Assembly: GCA_963974875.1 (NCBI GenBank)
Contig: CAXBER010000005.1
Location: 120,928-184,927, forward strand
DNA length: 64,000 nucleotides
Direction: 5' to 3'
Source of the DNA: an uncultured Pseudohongiella sp.
Lineage (GTDB): Bacteria > Pseudomonadota > Gammaproteobacteria > Pseudomonadales > Pseudohongiellaceae
How positions within the stretch are numbered: the stretch's first letter is position 1; every line of letters begins with the position of its first letter. The notes under the pieces were generated by a model that did no database searches, was not told the DNA's origin, and saw only the letters and a list, made by a program, of their open reading frames with translations. Position numbers and translations under genes: made by a program. Shown piece by piece: positions 46,863-56,779 of the stretch.

Positions 46863-46922
46863 GTACTATCATTAAGGTACCATCGTTACGGTACCATCGA
46901 TATAAGCAAGGCAGGTACTACC
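46862..46922 (+). repeat. GGTACYAYC direct repeats
   Basis: Copies at 46862, 46876, 46890 (14-bp period) and 46914. Confidence 0.75.
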
Positions 46923-46995
46923 TGACGCCAGGCGCAAAAAATAATGCGTCGGAAAACTAAAAACATGAAAAAACAGACAGATAACGGAAGCATTC

Positions 46996-47952
46996 ATGCC
47001 AAAACGCCCTGATGGCATGGAAACGGTTCATCTGACCATTGAACTGTTACAGCGCATCCCCAGGCAGCGCAAAATCACCGCCAACGAGCTTCAGGCACAG
47101 TTGGCGGATGCCGGTTATGAGCGGACTTTGCGCAGCATCCAACGTCAACTGCAGCAGATCACCGAGCATTTTGATGTCGAATGTGATGACCGTAGCAAAC
47201 CCTTTGGCTACCGCTGGAAAGAGAAATCCAAAGGTTTGTCCCTGCCCGGGCTGAACCAGCATGAATCATTACTGCTGGCGCTGGCAGAGCAACATCTGCG
47301 CAACCTGCTGCCCGGCAAACTCATGGCCTCCATGGACGCGTACTTCCGCCAGGCCCGAACCAATCTGCAGGACACCAGCAAAGCACACCTTGAAAAAGAA
47401 TGGCTGCAGAAAGTCAGAGTGGTCAGCGCAACCCAACCATTACTCCCGCCAACCATAGACGAAAGCATTTTCTCCCAGATCAGCCATGCGCTGTATAACA
47501 ACCTGTGGCTGAAGATCCGGTATCGCAATGCCAGCGGCAAGGAGGTTGACTCGCGCGTCATGCCTCTGGGGTTGGCACAGCAAGGCGTGCATTTGTACCT
47601 GGTGTGCCGCTTTGAAGGGTTTGACAATGAGCGCACACTGGCATTGCATCGGTTTATTTCGGCGGAAGCCGGTACGATGACGTTCAAGCGGCCGAAAGAG
47701 TTTGATCTGCGGCGTTACGACGATGATGGGCGCTTTGGTTTTGGCGAGGGGGAGCGAATCAAGTTGAGCTTCTGCATCAATAAGGCGGCCGGGAAACATT
47801 TGTTAGAGGCGCGGTTGTCTGAGGATCAGGTGGTTGAGGAGTTTGAGGGGTATTACCGGATTACGGCGACGGTGGTGGATAGTGCGATGCTGGATAGGTG
47901 GCTTCGTGGATTTGGGGGGGAGCTCTGGGCCGCATCAAAAAATGGAATTTAG
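46996..47952 (+). CDS. wHTH-WYL-WCX transcriptional regulator
   Basis: RIPRQRKIT...RTLRSIQRQL; YRNASG...MPLGL...LYLVC...ALHRF; LLEARLSEDQ...WLRGFG. Confidence 0.92.
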   Translation: MPKRPDGMETVHLTIELLQRIPRQRKITANELQAQLADAGYERTLRSIQRQLQQITEHFDVECDDRSKPFGYRWKEKSKGLSLPGLNQHESLLLALAEQHLRNLLPGKLMASMDAYFRQARTNLQDTSKAHLEKEWLQKVRVVSATQPLLPPTIDESIFSQISHALYNNLWLKIRYRNASGKEVDSRVMPLGLAQQGVHLYLVCRFEGFDNERTLALHRFISAEAGTMTFKRPKEFDLRRYDDDGRFGFGEGERIKLSFCINKAAGKHLLEARLSEDQVVEEFEGYYRITATVVDSAMLDRWLRGFGGELWAASKNGI

Positions 47953-48460
47953 CCCACTTTCACTAAATGATTGCCGCCAAAGGTAAGGATCGCTTTCGAA
48001 GTTAAGCTTTAGTGTTTCCACAGTGAGAGGGAGCGCATAAAAGGTGGTCACCAACGAACGACCGTCCCATTTTCCACGGGTCAGTCGGGCTCGGTGATGC
48101 AGATAGCCCTAGCGATCAAGTATAAGGAAAGTACTCTGGCTCTGTTTTATGCCGGATGTGTAAATCTGGGTGCGGCGGCACCGGTGCATGCTTGGCGGGA
48201 TGACTGCAAGTGAAAGCAGCGGTCAGCGTAATTTAGTAATTGAGTGGGTGAGCATTGAAGTGACGCCATTTGTAGCGAAAATATATTCCTCACGGCGGTG
48301 ACTGTGGGTGGAGGCTGCTTTGCATAGAGTATGGGAAATAGCTCACGGAAGCGACTACGTTCTACTTGAAGTGTGCGGGAAGCTTGGGCTGGTCCAGACA
48401 TTTTACTAAAGTGTCCGAAATTTCCAGGGCAGAGTCCATAACAATAAAACAGGATAAAAC

Positions 48461-50747
48461 ATGTCAATTTTTAAAGCAGAAGCTAAATCGTTGCTAAAAT
48501 TGTTTACAGGTGAGGCAAACCGTATCGGCTTTAAAATCCCGGAATATCAAAGGAAATATGACTGGGGTGAAAACAATATCATTAGATTATTCGAAGATAC
48601 TCTGTCTGGATTGAAATCATTGGAGCGGGATCCAGATTCCATCACATTCTTAGGTTCAATAATTCTTATCCAAAATCAAGATCTAAGAGAGCCGAGCTTT
48701 GACGGAGAATCTTTAGAAATAGTGGATGGTCAGCAGCGAATAACTTCATGCGCTATAGTAGCGGTGCATCTTCACGAAGCGATAGACACGGAACTGTCTA
48801 GTCTTCCCGAGATAGGCACTGATCTTAGAGAGTGGTTAACAAGAGAAGCGAAAAGAACGAAGCAATTGCTGCTGCAGTGCGTATTTGGGAATTTATTGGT
48901 GGATGGTATAGATAATTTCCCATTTCCTAGAATTGTAAGAACGAATGATAATAGAGCTGCGTCAGATGGTGAGTTGGAATATCGGTCATTAACTGCTAAG
49001 TATTTTTTTGGGTATGCTCAACATATTAGAAAAAGGACTAGTCGCCTATACGAGAAACCCGAAGCAGACAAAAATGATCAATCGACAGTCAGATTCTTGG
49101 AGAATGTCAAATTTATAGAAAAATGCATAAGGGTTCTCAGTAAGAGCTCCGAAGAAGTTGACTTTGGAGTAGAGCTTCTAGAAACGAATACTTTCAAGGT
49201 GACAAATATAAGAAAGCTCTTTCAGGCTCCATCGGAACGACAAGACATCACTAATAGACACTTCGAAATGATATGTGGCAAGTACCGATGTGAAACAGAA
49301 GCTCTGGTGAGGCTTGTCATTTTTGCAAACTATTTCCTGGAAAATGTAATTCTAACCGTTGTAACTACTCGGGCAGAGAAATACGCTTTTGATATCTTTG
49401 ACTCCCTTAATACGACAGGCGAGCCATTGACTGCGATCGAAACATTTAAGCCTAAGGTAATTCGATTCGAAAACGGCCAGCAAGGAAAGTACAAGGGATC
49501 CGAAAGTGAGTCCCATTTTGCCGTGGTAGAGAAATATATCGATCAATTTAGTAAAAATAGTGACAAACAAGAAGAGTCGCGTGACCTAATTCTTCCCTTT
49601 GCGCTGCTAACGACTGGTGACAGATGTTCTCGCCATTTGGTAAACCAGCGACGATATCTGAGAGCAGAGTATGATTCAATACCTGTTGAAAATAAGGTTA
49701 ATAAACGGAAATTCATTAAAAATCTCGCAGACATTGCGAGGTTTAAAAGCGAGTTTTGGAATCGAGATAACTTGCTTCAAAGGCTGCCAGTACTCTCGGA
49801 CAGAGAGTCTGTAATATTGTGCCTTGCATTCCTAATAGACCTTAAAAACACTCTTGCAATACCCATACTCACGCGAGTATGGGTTCATTCAGAAGAGATG
49901 GGCGATTTTAAGTTTTTTGCGGACTGTGTCAAAGCACTAACAGCTTTTGTAGTACTTAGAAGAAGCGCTACGGGAGGGACTGCAGGGATCGATAATGATC
50001 TAAGAGGTGTGATGGAAAAAGGGGGGGGTAGATGGAAGCGACCGAGGAATGAAAACTGGGACGAGGTTTGACCGTCCGATGACTTCCGTGACTGACTTCA
50101 AGGAGATGCTGAAAGTTCGTCTAGCAAGACGACCTGCGGAAATTAACGGCAAAGAATCTTGGCTTGACCAGGCCAAAAAGCAACCTTTGTATTTAAGCTC
50201 GCGACCTCTTTGTCGGTTCATTATTCTCGCCGCAAGTCACAATTCTCGCCCATCCCAGGCAGAACCCATACTTTTATTGAAAGATAGACCCAGCCCTGAA
50301 CTGGAGTATCTTTCTTATAGAAAGTGGTTTGAAGACGATTTACTAACAATTGAGCATATAGCACCCGAAAGCGACCGGGAGCGGAAGTGGCCGCTGCCAA
50401 TTTATGATCTACCCTATCTAAGGCACACAATCGGAAATTTGACGTTACTTTCACAGGAGCAGAACTCTGCAATAGCCAATTATGAATGGGGACGGAAGAA
50501 GCTTTTCTATAAAGCATTTTCTGTAGATACGATACGGGAAGTTGAAGCAGCTATCCATGAAGCTTCTGGTCACGGGGTTTCCTTTAGTAACAGGACCAAA
50601 GTGATGCTGAGGGGAATGCGGCAATTGCCAGTGGCAAAAGGGATATCCTTGGCCAGTACGTGGTCTGTCGCGGAGATTGAAGCTAGAACTGAAAATTTGC
50701 TTAGCATCTGTTGGGATGAGATTTCCCCTTGGCTTTTTGATAGCTAA
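48461..50747 (+). pseudogene. sspE: SspE-like DUF262-DUF1524 effector split by a +1 frameshift in a G8 tract (ORFs 48461..50071 and 50049..50747)
   Basis: IPEYQRKYDW, DGQQR and FDSLNTTG in ORF1; EHIAP and GNLTLL in ORF2. Removing one G from 50021-50028 gives a single 761-aa frame. Confidence 0.8.
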
Positions 50748-51067
50748 AGTTTTCTCTGTTTAATAATGCCAGCAACACGATTTGTATCGTAGGTCTTTGG
50801 CCGTAGTTGGAATGGCTCAAAATTAACTCAGGGTCATCGATCAGGATAAGTTATTCGAGAACGGATAATGTGTCCTGAAAGAGCGATTCCGCGGGCCTGA
50901 CGTCTTGAGGGTTGGTTGTATTGAGTATATTGAAAGTATTGTGGTGTGCCTAATTTAAATTGATGGTGAGGTTGCGAGTTGAAGTTACGGCTTTTCGAGC
51001 TGCTTTCGTTTTAATAGGCGGTACACTGGCAGGTTGGCAACAAAGGTATACCTTATAGGCCGGCGTG

Positions 51068-51096
51068 ATGTAACATTATCTCATGTTATGTTACAT
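51068..51096 (+). promoter_or_regulatory. Inverted-repeat operator in front of the ssp operon
   Basis: ATGTAACAT-N11-ATGTTACAT. Confidence 0.7.
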
Positions 51097-51109
51097 AGAG
51101 GGTAAAGTG

Positions 51110-51310
51110 ATGGCAGTGGGCTCAAGCGGTCGAATTGTGATAGAGATTGATCCGGCTACGAAAAAAGAGCTATATCATATGCTTAGAGAGGAAAACTCCA
51201 ATTTAAAAGAGTGGTTTCTACGGCATGTAGAGGATTACCTGGCAGGTAAAGAGCAGTTTCAGTTAGATCTTGGGGCTCCGGTTCGTAACAAAGGCAGACA
51301 TTTTATATGA
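51110..51310 (+). CDS. Small ribbon-helix-helix-like regulator leading the ssp operon
   Basis: RIVIEID...KKELY..L...NLKEWF pattern; ATGA overlap with sspB. Confidence 0.6.
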   Translation: MAVGSSGRIVIEIDPATKKELYHMLREENSNLKEWFLRHVEDYLAGKEQFQLDLGAPVRNKGRHFI

Positions 51311-52227
51311 GATTCAACCCCGAAAAAATGGCCTTCGGGCGGCACGAGACTTTCGCTCTACGCTATGGCTGGCTCTCCAAGGGTTTTCAGGCGCTAGAAG
51401 AAGACGACGGCATCTTCGAGTCAGACGACGCAACTGTAAAGTTGGGCGTGGGTAAAAACATGGTAAATGCCATCAAGTATTGGTTGCGCGCTTGTCAGAT
51501 GATGCACCCTACTCAGAATGCCCCTACTCAGCTTGGAAAAGAGTTGTTGTCTGGTACTGGGTTCGATCCCTACCTAGAAGATGAAGCTACGATATGGTTA
51601 TTGCATTGGCTTTTGGCTACGAATGCTGAACTAGCGACCTCATGGTATTGGTTCTTTAATCGCTTTCATAAGCCAGAGTTTACTGGTCAAGAGTTGAACA
51701 CGGCCCTCAATGACTTCGTTTCGGACAAAGTCATTAATAGAAAAAAACCTGCCCCTGCGACTTTAGCGAACGACGCGAATTTGCTTCCACGCATGTACAC
51801 CCAATCAAAGGGAAATACTCGAACGCCTCTGGAGGACGCACTAGACTCACCATTTTCTTTGTTAAAGCTAGTGACTCAGAGTGCGAGTGGCAGGAGTTTT
51901 CAATCGCGGCCTATGGCGAGACCCGATTTGCCGCTCGGGGTCTTGGGCTTTGCTGTATGCCAAACGTTTGAGATTAAAAACACCAAGGCAATTCCTATAG
52001 AAGATTTTATGTACAGCAAAGATAATTATCCTGCGATAGGTTCGGTATTCCGACTGACAGAAAGCGACTTAGTAACAAAACTCGAAAAACTAATTAACTA
52101 TATCCCAGGTAAATTCGATATCAGAGATACTGCAGGACAGCATCAGCTTTACTCCTCAGAGGTGACTGATGGAATGATCTACATTGCTGAACACTACAAC
52201 CACCCCGCCCAAGGTGTCGCAGCATGA
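51307..52227 (+). CDS. sspB: SspB (DUF4007) phosphorothioation protein
   Basis: FGRHETFALRYGWLSKG, LGVGKNMVNAIKYW, FDPYLED..TIWLLHWLL. Confidence 0.88.
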   Translation: MRFNPEKMAFGRHETFALRYGWLSKGFQALEEDDGIFESDDATVKLGVGKNMVNAIKYWLRACQMMHPTQNAPTQLGKELLSGTGFDPYLEDEATIWLLHWLLATNAELATSWYWFFNRFHKPEFTGQELNTALNDFVSDKVINRKKPAPATLANDANLLPRMYTQSKGNTRTPLEDALDSPFSLLKLVTQSASGRSFQSRPMARPDLPLGVLGFAVCQTFEIKNTKAIPIEDFMYSKDNYPAIGSVFRLTESDLVTKLEKLINYIPGKFDIRDTAGQHQLYSSEVTDGMIYIAEHYNHPAQGVAA

Positions 52228-55200
52228 CCATAGCAAGGCAAGTCCAAATAAATACACATTACACTCGTTCTATTAATTTGGAGCGCGATGCCAATTCCAT
52301 CGACGTTGTCAAAGCATATATACCTACTTCTAGGTCTCTGAAACTATTCGGTCGTATAGCTGACGGATTTCATGGTGAGCGTGCTCCGCGAGCTTGGTCG
52401 CTAATCGGACCGTATGGATCTGGTAAGTCTTCGGCATCTGTATTTCTTTCCCAATTGTTATCGTCCCCAGACTCTCCCGCAACTAAAGTAGCGACGAAAG
52501 CGCTAAAGGCGGCAGCGCCCGAGATCGCATCGCAATTCCGAAAAGAGACTAGTGGAACCGATGGTTATTTGAAAGTACTAGTGACGGGTTCGCCAGAGCC
52601 GATGGGCAAGAAAATAATTAGAGGGTTGTCGGCATCGGTGGTTCAGTATTTCACAAAATTCAAAGGCTCTAACCCCAAAGTAGTTTCGCGCATTGAGGAA
52701 CTTGTCGAATTAGAGATAGTATCTACTTCGGTTGTGCTCGAGATTATGCTGGAATTGCAAGCAGCTCTTGCAAAAAAGAAATGCAAGGGTATCTACATCG
52801 TTATTGATGAACTAGGCAAATTTCTGGAGTTTGAAGCACGTCACTATGGTGCCAACGATATCTATTTGCTTCAAACTTTGGCAGAGCATGCCTGTAAAGG
52901 TGATGAGTGTAATCTCTTTCTTTTTGTGTTGCTGCATCAGTCCTTTGAGCAGTACGCCAAAGGATTAGGTGAGAGCCTTAAGAACGAATGGGCTAAAGTC
53001 CAAGGACGCTTTGAAGATGTGCCGTTTCTTGAGTCGGTAGAACAAGTTCTGAGGGTGGTGAGTGCTGCCTTCAGCTATGATTTTAAACCGAAAGAGCAAG
53101 CGTTGCTTAAGAAGAGAATGGCTGGCTTTGTTGAAGTATTGGGTTCGAACGGCGCTCTACCCGGCGTCGCAGATAGAAGCGCTATGGTTGATCTCATGTG
53201 CCACTGCTATCCGTTTCATCCAGTTAGTGCTGTGTTATTGCCCACGCTCTGCCAGAAAGTAGCGCAGAATGAGCGGACATTATTCAGTTATCTTGGGAGC
53301 CACGAAGAATTTGGACTCCAAGATATGATTGAACGGTTTAGTTCGCTCGATGATTTTATCTACCCGCATCATGTTTACGATTATTTCATTACGAACCAGC
53401 CCGCGGCTTTAGGTGATTATCGTACTCATAGGCGTTGGGCGGAAGTAGTTACCGCGATAGAGAGGTTGGGCGACGCCCCAGAAGATCAGCTCAACCTTCT
53501 TAAAACGATTGGCCTAATGAATATTATCGGGATAAAGGGAGGTTTCAAACCTTCGAAGGCACTGTTAGGGATCTGTGCGCCCGGAAAAGCAGGGGTAAGT
53601 AGTTCCTTAAAGGCGCTGCAAGATAAGTCAATAGTCACCTATCGGCGTTTTAGCGGAGAGTACAGGGTTTGGCAAGGTAGCGATTTTGATCTTGAAGAGG
53701 CGCTAGAAGAAGAACTAAACAATCTTGGTGAGTTCTCTCTGGCCGAAGAGCTTAATAGTGCTAACGCTTTGATGCCAATCGTAGCTCGAAGGTATACGAT
53801 TAAAAGCGGCGCTCTACGCTACTTTGTCCCCGAGTTTGTAGATGCCCAGACTTATATAAAGTCTTCTGGAAAAACAAGCGAGCCGCGCATAATATTTTTC
53901 CTGGCGACCGCCCAGGATGATGAGGCTCTTTTTAGGAAGTTAGTTGTTCAGCACTATTCAGAGCTCGATCTGGTAGCGCTATGCCTTAACGGAACCCAGT
54001 TAAGAGAAGCTACCGCAGAGGTGTTGGCGTTACGACAAGTGCAAAACAAGAGGCAAGAGTTAAACACTGATCCGGTGGCTAAAAGAGAGTTTGAAGATCG
54101 CCTAACTGCAGCAGAGAACGCGGAGCGGCAGCTTCTTCAGCGACTGCAAGAGCAACCGCAAGAGTGCAATTGGTACCATAGTTCCAAAGAGTATAGCGTA
54201 GACGCAAAGCGCGAATTCCAAGAACTATTGTCCTCAGTTCTAGAAAATGTGTATAGCAAATCGCCTCAGCTGCACAATGAGCTCTTAAACAGAGATCGAC
54301 CATCCGCTCAAGCGAACGCGGCACGCAATAGACTTTTAGAAGCGATGATGTTGAATCCGCTGGATAAGGACGACCTTGGGATAGAAAAATTCCCTCCAGA
54401 GAAGGCTATATATCGATCAATCCTGTTGACTACGGGGCTCCACAATAAGGTTTCGAGGGAATTCCAGGAGCCTGCCAAAGACTCCACAATATTCCACGTA
54501 TGGCGACAGATAAATGAGTTCCTTGACTCTACCGAGAAGGCTCCGAAGAGTTTTGCGCAGCTAAATGAATTGTTGATGGCCCCCCCTTATGGCGTTAAAG
54601 CTGGCATGCTTCCTGTTCTTTACGTGGCCGCATATATCGTCTATCAACATGAGCTTGCTTTATACGAAAACAGGCAATATAAGCCAGTTTTTACCCAGGA
54701 GATGATCGAGAGATTTGTCAAGCGCCCTGATGAGTACACTTTTCAAAGATTCAGGATAACTGGTCTGCGGTCTTCAATTTATAAAGAGTATTGCAAGATT
54801 ATTGATACCGGATCGAAGCAAACTGTAGTTCAGCTAGTGAAGCCCTTAGCTCAATTTATTAGTTCATTGCCTGATTTCACTCAGCGTACAAAGAACTCAG
54901 AAATATCGGACCAAGCTATAAAAGTCAGGAATGCATTTAATTTTGCAAAATCTCCAGAGCACCTGATATTCGAGGAAATACCAAAGGCACTCGGATATGA
55001 GGAAGAGCTCCGTAAGAAGAAACCAAACTTGGAGGGTCTCTCCGCAGCCCTTCAGGATTGCTTGCAACAATTAAAGAAAGCATATCCTCAAATGATCCGG
55101 AATCAAATCCGTATGTTGCTAGGCGCATTTCATATGGATGTTAACGCGGACCTGGAAACCCTTAGAAGAAAGGTAATTGGTCGCTATGAAGGTTTAGAGC

Positions 55201-55703
55201 AGCATACTGTGGATGTAGACGGACTCAAGGCGTTTATAAAGAGGTTGACGAAGAGAGAGGGTGATGACGATAGCTGGCTTGAGAATGTTCTACTTTTCTT
55301 GGGACAGAAGCCTACTACGAAATGGACTGATATGGACTGTACAGAAGTCGATATCAAGCTAAGTGAGTACGCCAAACGAATATTAGACCTTGAGGCTTTG
55401 CGTGTTCACTACGATCGCGTAAAGAGCAATATGGATGGGGACTTTGATGTCATTCTGTTAAAGGCAGTAAAGAAAGGCAGTGAGCCCATCGATGAGGTGG
55501 TGGCGATAGACGCTCGAAAGAAAGAAGCCATTCAACTTTGTAAGGCTGGAATATACGCGGCTATAGAAGGTCATTCGGACTCAGAGTTGCAGCTTGCGGC
55601 TTTAGCCGAAGTCGTCGAAGAGTTTCTGAAGAAACGGAAAAACTCTGTTATGTCTGGTCGTCGCCCCACAAAACAAGTTAGGGAGGTGAAGCGTGGCAAT
55701 TAG
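52224..55703 (+). CDS. sspC: SspC P-loop ATPase
   Basis: SINLERD, GPYGSGKS, IDELGKFLE, YPFHP, QNERTLFSYL; 1159 aa between DUF4007 and PAPS reductase genes. Confidence 0.85.
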   Translation: MTIARQVQINTHYTRSINLERDANSIDVVKAYIPTSRSLKLFGRIADGFHGERAPRAWSLIGPYGSGKSSASVFLSQLLSSPDSPATKVATKALKAAAPEIASQFRKETSGTDGYLKVLVTGSPEPMGKKIIRGLSASVVQYFTKFKGSNPKVVSRIEELVELEIVSTSVVLEIMLELQAALAKKKCKGIYIVIDELGKFLEFEARHYGANDIYLLQTLAEHACKGDECNLFLFVLLHQSFEQYAKGLGESLKNEWAKVQGRFEDVPFLESVEQVLRVVSAAFSYDFKPKEQALLKKRMAGFVEVLGSNGALPGVADRSAMVDLMCHCYPFHPVSAVLLPTLCQKVAQNERTLFSYLGSHEEFGLQDMIERFSSLDDFIYPHHVYDYFITNQPAALGDYRTHRRWAEVVTAIERLGDAPEDQLNLLKTIGLMNIIGIKGGFKPSKALLGICAPGKAGVSSSLKALQDKSIVTYRRFSGEYRVWQGSDFDLEEALEEELNNLGEFSLAEELNSANALMPIVARRYTIKSGALRYFVPEFVDAQTYIKSSGKTSEPRIIFFLATAQDDEALFRKLVVQHYSELDLVALCLNGTQLREATAEVLALRQVQNKRQELNTDPVAKREFEDRLTAAENAERQLLQRLQEQPQECNWYHSSKEYSVDAKREFQELLSSVLENVYSKSPQLHNELLNRDRPSAQANAARNRLLEAMMLNPLDKDDLGIEKFPPEKAIYRSILLTTGLHNKVSREFQEPAKDSTIFHVWRQINEFLDSTEKAPKSFAQLNELLMAPPYGVKAGMLPVLYVAAYIVYQHELALYENRQYKPVFTQEMIERFVKRPDEYTFQRFRITGLRSSIYKEYCKIIDTGSKQTVVQLVKPLAQFISSLPDFTQRTKNSEISDQAIKVRNAFNFAKSPEHLIFEEIPKALGYEEELRKKKPNLEGLSAALQDCLQQLKKAYPQMIRNQIRMLLGAFHMDVNADLETLRRKVIGRYEGLEQHTVDVDGLKAFIKRLTKREGDDDSWLENVLLFLGQKPTTKWTDMDCTEVDIKLSEYAKRILDLEALRVHYDRVKSNMDGDFDVILLKAVKKGSEPIDEVVAIDARKKEAIQLCKAGIYAAIEGHSDSELQLAALAEVVEEFLKKRKNSVMSGRRPTKQVREVKRGN

Positions 55704-56562
55704 AAAAGTATCCATAAAGGACATCGAAGGTTTCGATAGCTGTCGGCATGTCTTGGGCTTGTCAGGTGGCAAGGATAGTGCGGCGCTAGCTGTGTACATT
55801 AAGGATAAGTATCCGGAAGTTCATGAGAAAGTAGAGTATTTCTTTACCGATACTGGTGCCGAACTGAAGGAGGTTTACGATTTTCTGGACAAATTGGAAG
55901 CATACTTAGGAAAAGAAATCGCAAGGCTCAGTAGCGGGAAAGACTTCGATCACTGGCTAAAGGTTCACAATGAATACCTACCATCTGCCAAGCAAAGATG
56001 GTGTACCCGCACGATGAAGATAAAACCTTTCGAAGAGTTCGTGGGTAATGATCCGGTGATTAGCTATATTGGCATCAGAGCGGATGAGAATAGAGAAGGA
56101 TATATAAGCCACAAGGAAACGATAAAAGCGGTATTCCCTTTTGTGGAAGACGGGTTAATTAGAAGCGATATCTTTCAGATTCTAAGTGATTCAGTTGGTG
56201 TGCCTGAGTATTACAAGTGGCGCTCACGCTCGGGATGTTACTTCTGCTTTTTTCAACGACAAGATGAGTGGCTCGGCCTAAAGAGAAATCATCCAGACCT
56301 CTTTGAGAAAGCACGTGAGTATGAAAATAAAATTAGGTCAAAGTTCGACTGGAAGGATGGGGTGATTCCAGTGAATGGTCACGGTTATACTTGGTCGTCA
56401 CAAGGGTCCATTGATGAGCTCGTTCTGCGTGCCGAAGCAAGGGAGAAAGAGCAAGGTATTATTGCAAAGTCATCGACGAAAGCTGAGCGGTGGCAGAAAA
56501 CTATAGAGAATATGATAGATGATGATCCCGAAGACCAGGCTTGTTTGATTTGCAGCCTCTAG
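55693..56562 (+). CDS. sspD: SspD PAPS-reductase-family protein
   Basis: SGGKDS, RWCTR.MKIKPF, YKWRSRSGCYFCFFQ, terminal CLICSL. Confidence 0.88.
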   Translation: MAIRKVSIKDIEGFDSCRHVLGLSGGKDSAALAVYIKDKYPEVHEKVEYFFTDTGAELKEVYDFLDKLEAYLGKEIARLSSGKDFDHWLKVHNEYLPSAKQRWCTRTMKIKPFEEFVGNDPVISYIGIRADENREGYISHKETIKAVFPFVEDGLIRSDIFQILSDSVGVPEYYKWRSRSGCYFCFFQRQDEWLGLKRNHPDLFEKAREYENKIRSKFDWKDGVIPVNGHGYTWSSQGSIDELVLRAEAREKEQGIIAKSSTKAERWQKTIENMIDDDPEDQACLICSL

Positions 56563-56779
56563 GTGTCGCCAAGTTCTCTCTTCGTTGCGAGATTCTCTTG
56601 ATCTCTCTACACATTATGTGTGAGATGAGGCCAGTAATTTCGAAAGGGAAGGTGGCGATTATCTACGTTTTTTCTTCCAGCTACGAATTTCTAGTTGTTA
56701 GATACAGGCTTGCTATTTAACTCAGCTGGGTGGCTTTTTTGCCTATGGAAGGGTTCAACGAGAAAATAGAGGTAAAATT

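Noticed and set aside
20400-48000. Integron or CALIN cassette array explaining the TA-rich mosaic
   Set aside because: No intI, and no recurring attC-like RYYYAAC...GTTRRRY hairpins at gene boundaries by eye; genes lie on both strands with their own promoters. An IntegronFinder run would settle it.
48147-48467. 106-aa minus-strand ORF upstream of sspE
   Set aside because: No motifs, it overlaps the sspE start region, and it is probably intergenic or promoter DNA.
51307-56562. BREX type 4 (DUF4007, PAPS reductase and ATPase)
   Set aside because: No PglZ phosphatase or BrxL protease; gene order and the DUF262-DUF1524 neighbour fit Ssp.
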